DNA from: Minutocellus sp. GHC0000111
Lineage: Eukaryota
Length of the DNA stretch: 64,000 nt
Assembly (NCBI GenBank): GCA_977018835.1
Contig: OZ361260.1
Span: 2,728,001 to 2,792,000, forward strand
Direction of reading: 5' to 3'
Of this stretch, positions 1 through 12,311 are shown one piece after another. The stretch's first letter is position 1; each line of letters begins with the position of its first letter. Both the position numbers and the translations under genes were made by a program. A model generated the notes under the pieces. It saw only the letters and a list, made by a program, of their open reading frames with translations. It did no database searches and was not told the origin of the DNA.

Positions 1-894
1 GGCCGTGGCATTGGTGCACGGCAATGAGCAGGGCCACAGTCAGAGGTGGAGAGATCTTCATGGTTGTATTCAAGTCGTACGAAAGTTGAGGGTTCTCGTT
101 GTGATCTCTTGGAGGATATGCAGGCGCTAGCTAGGGCTTGGTGTGAGAAGTGGCGAATGCCTTGATTGTGAAATGTGAAATAATGTGAAAGTAGCCACGA
201 AGTTTTGCGATGCTGATGCTGATGCTCTGTGTTGTGTCTTGAGTTCGTGCGGTATATGCATGTAAAATCGATAGTTCTTTCTATGGCAGCCTCGCTCCGA
301 GCAAGACGATGCAAGATTGGAGTTCCTTTTCGCAAAGTCAGTTTGATTACGAGTTGACGCCTTCTTTGCGCACCACGGGCATGAGCAAGGAACGGATAAC
401 AAACGAAGGCATCCGCCTCCCGTCCGAGTTTTGGCGAACCCGAGACGGGAAGCACGATTTGAACCAATAAACAGGAGACTGGTAGCGGACGACAAGGCCA
501 AAGCAAAAACAGGCAGGCGAGGCAAGAAGCGAGGCCCAGCCAGGACAACCACAGATGGAGATAATGTACAGTTGCCATACCTGTATCGAGAAATGCTACA
601 CTGCATATGAGTTGAGTAAGAGAGAGAGCAGGTAGCCGGCCTCCACTTTATAGGTCTAGCTAGCTACTTGATCGTAGCTGCGTGCCGATGGGTCTGCATG
701 GGTGCTGACCTGGGCGGTGATGAATTGAAGGAAAATCATTTATGGGCATTTTCAATTCCCGATGCGACATGCGAATGACATTCTCTGTGTGAGGTGTGAA
801 TTTTCACTGCTGCCAACGCCGCCATCAAATTCGCTTGAACTGCCGTTAGGCTGAGAAAGCACAATTTGTCATCAAATGAATGCACACACGAGCA

Positions 895-1318
895 TTGACG
901 ACTGTTGTTCAACAACAACAGTGTGTAGGAGAAGTTGAGAGGAAATTGTGTTCAACGATGGAGACAACCCAAATGCTGGCGACCAACCTTGCTACATTGC
1001 AGTGGCCCAGCATGGGATGCCCAGAAACCAAAGGTGAGCAACTAGTGAAGTCACTGCAATCGTGAGAGTTCCATCACAGTGGATGTTGCCACTGTCTTGG
1101 AATGAGTGTCATCACGGTGACATCACAGAAACCCCCTCATCATGTGCCAAAACACCAACCATTTGCTAACCCAAAACAGTTCCCAACACCTACACCCAAA
1201 CTACCACCCATGAGCATGCAACAGGTAGTGCCGATTCCCATGGTGACAATGATGTGCAAGAACAAGTGCTGCAAAGCTACGTTCTGCCCTCTAGCCCTCT
1301 CCTTTGCAAAGACACTTC
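895..1318 (+). pseudogene. Degenerate C-terminal fragments of a Helitron PIF1 helicase, on the opposite strand to the main gene
   Basis: + strand reads 'EEIVFNDGDNPNAGDQPCYIAV' (~939-1005) and 'VVPIPMVTMMCKNKCCKATFCPLALSFAKT' (~1225-1315), which resemble the late part of PIF1 helicases (PLxLxFAxT precedes the IHKxQG motif). Confidence 0.7.
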
Positions 1319-1324
1319 CCACTC

Positions 1325-4300
1325 TCATTCGACGGAGAATGTCGATGTGAGCTTTTTCTGGTCGTTTTTTTGCCTCTTGATGGTCCTTAGTGCCATGCAT
1401 GTTTCTGACAAGTCTAAGAACAGTTGTGCACCAGTGGCAGCAACCCCGGTCTTCTGCTGTGACAGGGAGGGTTTTCCACCTAGGACATCAAAGGCCCCAT
1501 TTTGCGTGTTTGTTGGTGGCGGCAGTTGGTAGTCATCTCCTATCAAAATGAAGATTGGCACTCCGCCGAACACCTCTCCTTCATGCCCCCCTCCATGTGC
1601 TGTAGTTGCAAGATTTCTTTCTGATGCACCAAGGTTGTCTGCTGTGCACATGCTCCTCTCGTCGTCAAGGATGTACAAGAGAGCCACTTTGTTGTCTGTC
1701 TTCTTCATGGTTTCCTTCTGCTTCTCTGATGGTTCTGATGAGGGAGAGTGTGGGCTAATTGCAAACTTACGGTGCATTGTTTGACCTCCAACTGACCAGG
1801 CTGCTGCTCCTGTTGGTCCCACCACATGTGCAACATTTTTACAGCCAAATATCTCTCTCACTGTGTTGACCAGGCACTTTACAAAGAAGCTTTTCCCCCA
1901 GACCCGGCACACCCCTGCACTGTCAGGTAGAGTGTGGCTTGAATGTCCGTGCCTTGTTTGGGTCAGCTGATGTTGCACACTCCACCCATTCTTTGACTTT
2001 GCTCATCACAGTGAGGAGCACTTCTTGTTGGTCTCCTTTTACCATTGACACATCAATTTTCATGCGCTCCCCGTCAACTTGAGTGGTGAATGGTTCCCCC
2101 ACTGGTTGCTGCTGTCCTTTGCTTGCTTCTGGTCCTGTAGCCAGGTGCCACCTTCTAGCATTTCATCCCTCTCTGGGAAAACTCTTGCTCCCCAGTCGTA
2201 AGTCAGGCCCCGATCAAACTTGAAGTCATCAATGTTGAGCTCTGGATCGTTTCCCTGGGCATTGGTTTTTACCAGGGTGAGAATGTCCCTTGTCTCGTCG
2301 TGTCCATGTCACACACACCATGAGCCTCGTAGTTGAAGCATTCTTCGTCTTCAGCTGTTGGTTCGCATTGGCGCTTCTTTAGCTTTCTTTCTCTGACCCG
2401 AGTGTATGCAATCTTGACCGACTTGGGACAGTCTAGGCTGTTGACGAAGTCATTGAAGTCTTGGATCCATTTGTCCTTGGTGCGGCGAGGAGGTGATGGT
2501 GCCTTCCAGGGTTTGTGCACTAGCAAAGTCATTCTTGCATAGTCGTGGGTGACTGGGTAAGTAGGCTGCCCCCGTCCACCAACCCAGTGTGGAATGACTG
2601 TTTTCTTGGTAGTCCTTCTTTCAACTTCCTCCTCAAACAATCCACTTAGCGACAAATCAGGGCGTTCTGGTGCAGCAGCAGTTAGTTTTTCTGCACCGTG
2701 CGATCAGCAGTCCATTGTGACTGTCTGATGTGAGTGTTTGTAGCTTCCTAAAAGACTTATTGACTCAATGCTCTCTGTGCTAAGAACTAGTGGCAACTTG
2801 TCTAGTTCCACCATGCACTCTTGTTTTGGTATGAGCCTGCTCACCACTGATCGATTGAGTAACTTTCTCTCTCTCTGGCGAGATGATCGTGATGACGTCG
2901 TCGTCGTCCACTGTCCCTGAGAGTTCTTCGGCACTGCATGTTTATGTGTGCATGGTGTGATTTAAGTTCAAAGTGTCGAGTAAGAGACATGGTGAGTGCC
3001 TTTGTCATGTAGCAATTTGAAAATGAGTCAAACAAATGCCGCCGGCGACTATGTCACTACTAACGGTGTTTCCATAAAAGTGGCGGCGTCCACTCTTCCG
3101 GAAAATGGTCCCGTTTCTTGTTGATCCCGATTTGGCACATACCTCATGATGATCGTTTTCAATGTTCCGCGCTCGACAGAGAGAGTTTCATTGCCTTTGC
3201 AGGCGTATGCAACGACGTAGTCAGTAACCTCTGCGATATCTTCTGGTGTGGGTTCCCCTTCGTGACAGTCATATAAGAGGATCTTGATGTCGCAATTGCC
3301 ACGCCAACCTCGCAGTGCATGAAGTGGGGTTTGTATCATCCGGAGACTATTCCGTTTCATTTCGAGCTTGAGGAAGTCGCGATCGTCTCGGGTAATAGCA
3401 TGATCCGAGCGCAATTTGAAACCTGGTGTATCGCATTTGTTCTTGGTGGCTTCATATCCCGCGCCAGCTCGACAGTATCGACATTTTGCCGATGGCTTGT
3501 CGGATGAATTCGTTGTTGGTGCCGATGCGTCGCGTTGCGTTTTGTTCTTGTTTCGTCGATGATTTCGCATGCAGTAGCTACCGCATTTGTGATGTTGGCA
3601 CTCGAAGCAGAGCTGCTTTTCATCCTCGCGATAGTCAGATACATCCCCAAGCCTTCTTTTGCTTGCACCCATGTTTGGAGTTACGTCCCTTGGATTGCGA
3701 TGGAGAGGAAAGCGAGGTACGTGAGAATTGCAACCTGATCATGATGCGTGTTTGATTGTAAATATGTTTCTCGAACTCACCCATTGTTACCATTTACCGA
3801 TGATGTCATGCCGAATATTCGTTCTGCCCAATCTCCTACCAATTTGGATTGGTCAGCGTGGCTTCTACCTCCGTCATTAAGTTCGTCCTGGAGATCCTTT
3901 GTTATCTTTTTATTGAGGATAGCGAGAAGATGAAGATGGATCTGACCTCTGCCCTTGGCGAATTCGATCCGCCCCCAGTAATGTTCTATGCCGAATACCT
4001 CTTTGCCCACGGTATTCAGGAAGTCTTCTGCCCTTTTGATAAAAAATTGCTGTATGACGAGGGCGTAATCATTGATGGCTTTGTTTCTATCGGTTCTGTT
4101 GTTGGTGAGATCGATTTTGCGGCCATCTCGATAACACCGTGTTCCATGGTCCGTGTTTTGACCCTCAGCGATCCATATTCGTTCCTCCAGGAGCCTCAGC
4201 ATGTCTGGCCAGAAATATTCGGAACAAGAAAGGGTCATGAACAGATCTGGTGGCCCATTCCCGGCCTCGATATGATGAGATATCCAGGTGTATAATTTGG

Positions 4301-6702
4301 CACGTTCGGCTCTCCAAAAAGAGTCAGATCCTCGTACTCTTTTACTGTAAAAAATGAGTTTACTGACGAAGGATGAGTCGCCGCTTTCGAGCTGTTCTTT
4401 GAGCTCGTCCAGTGATTTGGGTGGATCGTAAATGTGGGTATTCACGAAGTACTTCCCGTCGTCATTGTTTCGGTGTCGCTGAGAATAATTATATGCAAAG
4501 AAGCACCAGAGCTTATCTCTCTGAAATCGTCCATCGGACTGTCGAAGAAGATGAAGAGCCCAGTTGGAGGCATCAATGTCTGCCTCGCGATCCATGTCTC
4601 GAAAATCCGCAACTCCTCCTGGAAACAACCAGGGGAAGGCATTGGTGAATATCCTTACGTTGGAGTATTCCGAAATGGCGTCAGGATAGCTAGTCTGAGG
4701 CCAGTCGAGCACCGACACGTCATTTCTATCACCGGCGGCCTCTTTCAATGATTTTATCATCGCTTCTTGACTCTCGTTAGTGAAAGTTGTATTTTCTCGG
4801 CACGAAAATCCTGAACATTCTTCCTCTTGGTTGTCAACATGTGGATCCACACATTGAGTCATTGACACTCCTGACTCAGCTTCCATGTCGACGCCTTCAT
4901 TTTCGTCGGTCCGGATAATTTCAGTCACTGACGATAAGTCAGATTCTTCCTGGTCAGCAGGTATCCAGTCGAGGTTGGCTTCGTCGATAGTCAGATCTCC
5001 CTTCTCATACGCCTGTTTGTAGTCCTTATGATATCGCACGAGCCAATGCAGAGCGTTCATTACTCGTCGGCGATTGACTACGTACGTCGTCGTAGTCGGT
5101 AGACCATCGAGCCCTTCATGTGTTCAGATCATTCGAATAGCTTTCACCTCTTTGGGTAGTGTTGGAAGGGAGGATGCAAGCTCATCGATATTTTGCATGA
5201 ATGAGCAGACATGAGCCTTGATCCCCAAGGTACCATTTTTGATGTGATGAATAGGGATGAGCGGTGACACTCGTTGAATCAACAGTTTCTCAGCAATAGT
5301 GAGACATTCGAGCTCCACTGGCACACCCCGGCGCTTCACACCCTCATCGTCGATCCAAATTGGTATCATAGCATTTTCTTCGGTGTAATTGCTGCTGGAT
5401 CGCTTGTCTGCGCACCGCGGGCAAATTCCTCTCTGATTGACGGTAAGATTCAAGCTGCACTCGTTGCATGCGGAGCATATTTCATGATGAATGTTCGTCA
5501 TTCTTGACTCGAATCGAAATATCGGAACAAGTACTTTCTGTTCTGAATAAGAAGCGGATCGGAATGCCTCTCGGTTGATAGAATAGCGGTCGTCTTTTTG
5601 AGTGAACTTGTGCAATTTTTGCCTAGCCGTGGCAATTAATGTCGTTGCTCGCCCTATTGATTCCTTGTAGTTGGAATCTGACTTAGCGTAAAATGGATCA
5701 CTGTCACCTAGGTCGACGTCTAGTTCAATAGATTCTTCCCATAATTTTTGGACATGAAGAGCGTCGTAGTCCCTGAGACGGTCGTGGTAGGGAGGCTTCA
5801 TGTCTATCCTAGGAAGCTTTTCTCTCTCAGCAGTCCGCTTCCTGGCACTCCTGATGTTTTGTAGTCGCCTATTTTCGCTTTTTGACACCTAAAAGGAACA
5901 CAGTTGTAAATCGGCATCACATTTGTTCAGGTGAGTAATTGGTTGAGGCGACGCAATTCCGGGACAATGGCATTGGACACTATCATGGAATTAGTGCTTG
6001 ATGATGCATATTAGTGGTTCACATTACAATTACCTGGTTTTTCTTCCTCTTTAGGTTGCCGGAGTAAGGCACGCAAATGCCACCGCGAAGACAAACGTTG
6101 ACAGTGACGGTGGACCCATTGTGCATGCCTAATTGCCAAACATTTGCATTGGAGTACTCGAGGAGCTTTGAACTGTACGATGTGTACATTTCACTTGCAG
6201 GTATCGGCAATTTTTCTGACACCAGGGTGACAATCATTTTGTGAAGAGACTTGGCAGTGTCATTAATGTAGACACAGGTTTGGGCAACAGACCCATCAGG
6301 ACACTTGATGAATATCACCCATTTGTGGTTCTTCTGGTTCACCACATGGATTGTGCAACCGTCATGCATGCCCAAGCAATGCAAGGGAACATCAATGTCG
6401 TAATGGTTGCCGCGGAAAAGGGAACCAATGTACCAACAGTCCTCGTCCCAGTCGTCTTTGAGCTCACCCTCAATTTCCTTGTAAGCAGCTTCCTCAATGA
6501 TCCCCCACAGATTGACACCTTTGAGTTCTCGTGAAACTTCCAATTTCAGCACGCATGGCGGTGTCCGACACCTGTAAAATGGCTGGAGTTCTTTCTCTTT
6601 CCCAAAAGGGACTAGGCCTTCGTACGTGACGTGACGAGGAATTATGACATCAATGTCCCACATGGGCTTGAGCACAGCCTGGAGATCAGTCTTGATCCAC
6701 AC
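1325..6702 (-). pseudogene. Helitron-type Rep/helicase gene (Ubl-like N-terminus, DUF6570-like region, HUH Rep, PIF1-family helicase), spliced and decayed
   Basis: HUH motif 'RIEFAKGRGQIHLHLL' and 'LFMTLSCSE' (3777-5060); catalytic-type 'DYVVAYACKG' (3049-3672); 'LTIAEKLLIQRVSP...HVCSF' (5124-5888); PIF1 motifs 'GKSF', 'PTGAAA...GGQTMH', 'DERSM', 'GDDYQLPP' (1325-1978). Frame-preserving GT-AG introns at 6033-5889 and 3780-3689, probable intron 3142-2934. One in-frame TGA at 5124-5126 and several frameshifts below 2950. Confidence 0.9.
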
Positions 6703-7495
6703 CTTGCAGGGTGACCTATGACCTAAGGGTGGTTTTTGACCTCATTTTAGCAGTGCCTCTTGACAGGCCTCGCCTCACTGCGGCAGACAGACTTGCCATT
6801 GTCAGTGTTTCTGGCGGCACAAGTGACACCTGAAATGACTTCATCGGAACATCAAGCGGGATAAACTTTAGGTGCACACACCACATGGGGTCAGTGATGA
6901 GGGGCTCTCCTTTCACCACCACCTTGCCCTTGTTGTCTAAACTGACACTTGGAGTCACTTCCAGAGCCCTAAACCCACAGATTCGCCTCCTGATCATCCC
7001 CACCAATTGAGACTGACCCTCCATCAAATTGGCTGAGCTGCACAATGATGCAAAGGGTGTAATCATTCCACTGTCTAGGTGAGGAAGGTGCAGGGTTTCA
7101 GGGTCACTGCTAACCACCTGGCTCTCAAGAGATGACAACATGGGCCAGTGCAAGTTCATTCTGTCGAGGACGGTTGTTTCTGCTGCTTGAGCTGCAAGGT
7201 CTGGATGTAAAAAAAGACAGATGAAAGTTGTTGGGGGGCAAAAAACAGTTAGACAAACCAGTTGGTTAATTCGGGTAATTGCGCGAAATCAATCAGTCAG
7301 TGAAAATGAAAGTTTGGGCTTTGGTTTGATCTCTATGTAGTTTGATTATTTTTGTTGATGCAAATTTTGATTTGAGCTTTTTTGTGAATTTTTTGAGTTT
7401 TTTTTGGCATTTTTTTTTGATGTTTTTGTTTTTTCTCGAAGTTTTTGATTTTGACTTGCTTGGATCGATGCCCTTTTTTTAATTTTCAAGACAGT

Positions 7496-9208
7496 TTAAT
7501 GCAGCGCAGCAGAAAACAACAGAATGCAAACGAACTCATGTAGGTGCAAGACAAACCACTGATCAGTCTTCCTCCTGCTTTTGAACACACCTGCAGGGAC
7601 TTGACCTTCGTTGTAGGCAGGCCCCACCTTGCTCAAGAGAGGATCAGCAGCCCACTCATGAGGAGGAACACCAGAAGTCAGGTGCGCCATTGCCACCAGA
7701 ATTTCCTTGTCCATGAGGGTGGTGTCCAAGGGAGAAGGGTTGACAACGTCAAGATCACAGTTCTTGAGGATTTGCCAGATGGAGTGTGTTTCTGGGGGGC
7801 CATTTCTCCCAAAGAGGTTCTCCCAGCGACCCCCATTTTGACGCAAATGTCAGTGTGCGTGTCCTTGAACATCTTTGAACCAACCACTTCATGGACCATC
7901 TGCACTAGACTGACAACTTCTTCCTCAGGGGGGCGGATCTTTTCAGACAGGTCAAGAGAGAACATGGTGGCATTAACTGGAAAGGCTGAACCCGTCTTCT
8001 TTGAGAAGGAAACCTTACCAACGTCAGCCCCGTTGGGAATGTCACGCATGGTAACCTCAGAAAGACTCTTGGCAAAGTCAGTCAGTGCAGCAAGGGGAGG
8101 GACCTCAATGAGTGCCTGAAGAGTGTCAATGACAGCATCACTCTTAAAAGCATAGTAGGGGTTCCCGTGCCTGTCAGTGAGAGTGAAGGTCCCCACAACC
8201 TTGGCTCTGCCAGATGTCTTCACAATGACAGAAAGATGGAAGGAAAGCTTCCACTTGACAGGACCAGCACTCTTAGCACTTTTGAACTTCTGAAGCGTTT
8301 TCTTGTCAACCTTGAGGTCCAAGTCATCCAGATTGAGGTGCTTTGACGGAGAGACTGATGGGGACTGCGCAGTGCCACACCGCCCCTTCCCCAGCAGCAG
8401 CAGCAGAACCAGAGAGAGTGAGCAGAAGGAGAGGAAGCCTTCCCCTCGCTAGTCTTAGCAGCACCAGCAATGCCACTGGCCTTAGGTGTTGATGGCTCTG
8501 GAGCAGTTTTCGCAATGACTTCTTCATTGCCAATGCAGGGGACAAAGGTGCTAGCACCAGAGTCGTGGACTGCCTTCAGGGCATCAGTCATGCTGTCGTG
8601 GACAACAACGGCCACACTGCCCCAGTCAGGGGACCCCCCTGCATAAGCCTCCAGAGCAAAGGCAGTAGCCAATGCATGAACCATGTCATAGCAGGCATCA
8701 ACAGCAAACCTCTTGCACGGGGCATCAACAACACTGAAGACGCGACCAGGGTTGCTGGTGTTCGTCATGCAGCACCGCGGTGGGAATTAATTTTCATTCC
8801 TGTGGTAAACATGCAAATGTCATATTGGCTGAAACTGCTTCTAGCCACACCATTTTCAAGAGCAATCTTTAGAGCAAGGTCCTTCTTGCTCAAGGTGGAA
8901 GCACCAGAAACACTGGGGACAGCAGCAGCAGGGGCAGCAACTTTCTTCTCAGCAGCAGCAGCAGTGGTGACAACGGCATCAGCAGAAGCAGCAATGTCAG
9001 AGCTTAGATCGACCTCGACAGCCCTCTTCTTGCCCTGAGGAGGGCTAGTTGGTTTGCTGCTGGTCACCTTTGCCTTCTTGGCAGCTGGCTTACCACCACC
9101 ACCACCACCACCACCACCTCCACTGCCAGCAGCGGGGCGGCGGCGGCAGAGCGGCACAGAAGCTCGTGTAGACACACGGCTGGGGGACTGAGATTTTGGG
9201 TCTACCAT
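7496..9208 (-). pseudogene. Frameshifted accessory ORF(s) of unknown function upstream of and co-directional with the Helitron Rep gene
   Basis: Overlapping same-strand ORFs 8765-9208, 8220-8768, 7678-8322 and 7496-7846 chain by frameshifts; basic low-complexity N-terminus with NLS-like 'PAAKKAK'/'KKR'; same CpG-poor composition as the decayed Helitron parts. Confidence 0.5.
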
Positions 9209-10666
9209 TTTAGTTGATCGAATGTGATTTAATTAATTCGTTGCACTGGAGAAATGAAAGAATTGAATGAAATTTCATTGTTAGATGAAACGTACAAGTA
9301 GCTGCATGGCCATGGTGTTCCGCTTTCCACGAGAATGGCGCTCGCCACTTCCGAGGAATGCACTCCCAGTAAGAACGTCTTTCCGTCGTTCTGTCATTTT
9401 TGCTTGCTTCACGCCGCCGATTATCGCTGAAAAATACATGAGCTCGAAAAACGGCCATCAGAGAGAGCAAGAAGCAACCATGGCCACGAACGAAAGCAAC
9501 GCTACGCAAATATGCGATCCCAAACGGAGCGGCGCTACGCAGATCATAACACGTAGAGGAGTGACGCATGCAGTTCATCACAGTGGTGTATGAACGACGC
9601 GATCAAGCGTCTGCATCACGAGACGCTCGTTGCGTTTGACACGTCGAAGTAGCCGGCGACTATTACCGCGAGAAAGATGCGAGAATGGATATCCAACGAG
9701 ATCGCAAGAGTCAAGCAGCAGTGCCACGTATCTCCGCACTTACCGATTATGAGATACGCAGGAGAAGACCAGAGCAGTGATATGGCTGTGAGAATGTGTC
9801 GAGAAACGACGTGAATGAGAGGTGGTATGAGTATGTATGTGCGAAATGAATTTTCCGGGAAAATGGCGTATGGCAACAAGCTGCGAAGTGCGCCATTTCG
9901 CGCGCGAAGAGACAACGAGTGTCAACATCGGCGAAGTCGCGTGCTCGGTGAGATCGCGGATGTGGCACAAGACAGTCCACACGAGGTGACTTGGCGCCCA
10001 ACACAAAAAAGAAAAGCAAGACGAATAGTACCACCACGACGTACGTTGTATTGTTCTTTCGTGAAAGCAAGACGAATACGACGACGATATATTGTGCCGA
10101 AGATGGAAGCAATCGATAACAGGGCCAACGGCGGGGACACGGCGGGGGGTGAAATCACGGTGAGTTGCAAAAGATATGAGATGGCATGACATGAATACGC
10201 CGAAGACATGCCGAAGATACACCGATTGTAGCGATATGCCGATTGTAGCGCGCGTGTTCGAACTCACAGTGCAGCGCAAGGGAGATTGGCACTGCTGACA
10301 CGCCATGCATTGGCAGATGTGCAAAGAGAGCGAGAGCCTTCGTCCTTGAGGAAAAAGGATGAGAGAGGCGACGACGATCTTTGATGTCTGATGTCCTCGC
10401 CACTCTGGTGGAAAGATCGTGGCCTGATCAATTTTTGTATGTCTTTCTCGATTTGATTTTCCGTATGACGTCATTTGCAATATTGGTGACATCATTTCGA
10501 AATGAAAATTCCATGGAATGGACGATGCCATTTTGCAAGAATTCACGGTTTTAGATTTAACCATTGTTCTTCCTAATCTTCAATTACAACTATCCTCTTC
10601 AGTCTCAGATCCTTCATGCCGCTCTTGGTCGACTCCTTATTCAAGCATCAGTACTAGAAGATACCA

Positions 10667-12019
10667 ATGGCAAACTATGTACACGAGGCCCTCTATGCAC
10701 CATCAATGTGGCGACACTTTAAGAAGTACGAGGACATCCCAGCAGAGGAGATTGCTGACATCGACCTGGTTGGCAGAGATTTTGAGCGCGGCACCTACAT
10801 TTCCTTCACCCCTACATTCAAGTACCTTGGAACCATCATTAGTTGGGACCTTCGAGAGTCCATTGATGTTCAGGCCCGTATTGATTCCGCCAACAAACTC
10901 TTTGGCTCAGCTAAAAGCACCTTCTGGGGTAATGCCAGCGTCCCATTCGAGCTCAGGATGCGATACTATAAGGCAATCATCGTCAATGTTCTGATTTGGG
11001 GTTGCGAAAGTTGGGCAATCAAAGCGAAAGAGGTCCGAGCTCTTAGAGCATTCCAATTTCGTTGTCTTCGAACGATGTTGAAGATCAATGTCATGCACAA
11101 GGTCCGGAACAACGCCATCCTCGAGCTCTGCAAAATCCCAGACATCATCAAGACTATGGACCTACGACGAGCACGGTGGATCGAGAAGCTGTCCTACATG
11201 TGCCCCCGGACGAGAGTACCTCGGCTACTATTTGGGTGCTGGATGCATGGGTTGGTGTACCATCGTGACGGCAAACCATTCAAGACGGTCGCACATTCTC
11301 ATACCGATAGTCTCAGGCGAATCGCAGAAGCTTCACTCCTTGAAGATGACGTTCAGATAATGGCGCCATTTGCAATCGCTGACAGCGGCCGATCGATCGA
11401 AGTCAGCACTCGAGTCAAACCTCTCTTCGAATTAGTGCAGTCCAACCAGTGGCCAGCGATGATGGAACGATATCTCGGACTAGAACCAGGCGCATATTCG
11501 GCCTTTAAGCCTTCCGATTTAGGCCGAGTCCCTCCTCGGAGATCCCGCACGGCGATCCAACTGCCATCAACACCAAGCAATGATTCTGGCCCTACAATTT
11601 GTAGTAACTGTCAATGTGCAGACTGCATTGGCCCACCGTGCTTATCACCGTTGAGCCGACCGCCCTTTTGCGATAGCTGCAATTTTCGCCATGGACCTAC
11701 CTATGTCCAATGCTCCCTCCTCCCCGACAACGATAACATCATCACAGAGCCGTTCACTGCTGAAGATGTTGAAGTAGCCGTCAATGAACTGTCTCCCCGT
11801 TCGACTCAGAGTGTCGAGCGTGCTACCATGTCTCCGATGATAAATTCTCTTACTAATGCTACAGTAGCTGCAGTAATGGCATCCGTCGACGAAGACACAG
11901 AAGTACCCGTACCGAGAAGAACTACAAGGAGCAGGTCAGCCAGACTTAATCTGGCAGCTACTTTCGAAGGATTTGTTCCAGCCAACAACCCTGATGCTTG
12001 GCGAGATCGAGACTTGTGA
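10667..12019 (+). CDS. Non-LTR (LINE, RTE-like) reverse transcriptase C-terminal fragment fused to a Cys-rich and low-complexity tail
   Basis: 'FKYLGTIISWDL...DVQARIDSANKLFG' and 'LRMRYYKAIIVNVLIWGCESW...LRAFQFRCLRTML' match the RT end/thumb region of LINEs; no YADD core is present; uninterrupted 450-aa ORF. Confidence 0.75.
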   Translation: MANYVHEALYAPSMWRHFKKYEDIPAEEIADIDLVGRDFERGTYISFTPTFKYLGTIISWDLRESIDVQARIDSANKLFGSAKSTFWGNASVPFELRMRYYKAIIVNVLIWGCESWAIKAKEVRALRAFQFRCLRTMLKINVMHKVRNNAILELCKIPDIIKTMDLRRARWIEKLSYMCPRTRVPRLLFGCWMHGLVYHRDGKPFKTVAHSHTDSLRRIAEASLLEDDVQIMAPFAIADSGRSIEVSTRVKPLFELVQSNQWPAMMERYLGLEPGAYSAFKPSDLGRVPPRRSRTAIQLPSTPSNDSGPTICSNCQCADCIGPPCLSPLSRPPFCDSCNFRHGPTYVQCSLLPDNDNIITEPFTAEDVEVAVNELSPRSTQSVERATMSPMINSLTNATVAAVMASVDEDTEVPVPRRTTRSRSARLNLAATFEGFVPANNPDAWRDRDL

Positions 12020-12311
12020 GTTGATCCTATTGACACCATGTGATTAAAAACCTTTTTATGTTTATGTGAAATTATGATGTGTGCTCTTGCTAATGCAAGT
12101 GCGGCTACCTATTTTCGAATAGGGTTCTATTAGATAGATCTAAGCTACACTTAGCGGGACGACACCACCACATTCATCCTGTGTCGATGCCACGATTTAT
12201 TCGATTGGTTTTGGATGAAATGATTTGCTGTCTCGGAGGGAGACCCGCTACCAACCTCAATCCTATCTATGATTTTCGGGGCTCGACGGTGGAAATGGAG
12301 GCGACAAAACA

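Noticed and set aside
9210..10564. Multiple overlapping ORFs in the spacer
   Set aside because: Compositionally random translations in all frames with no motif; more likely non-coding.
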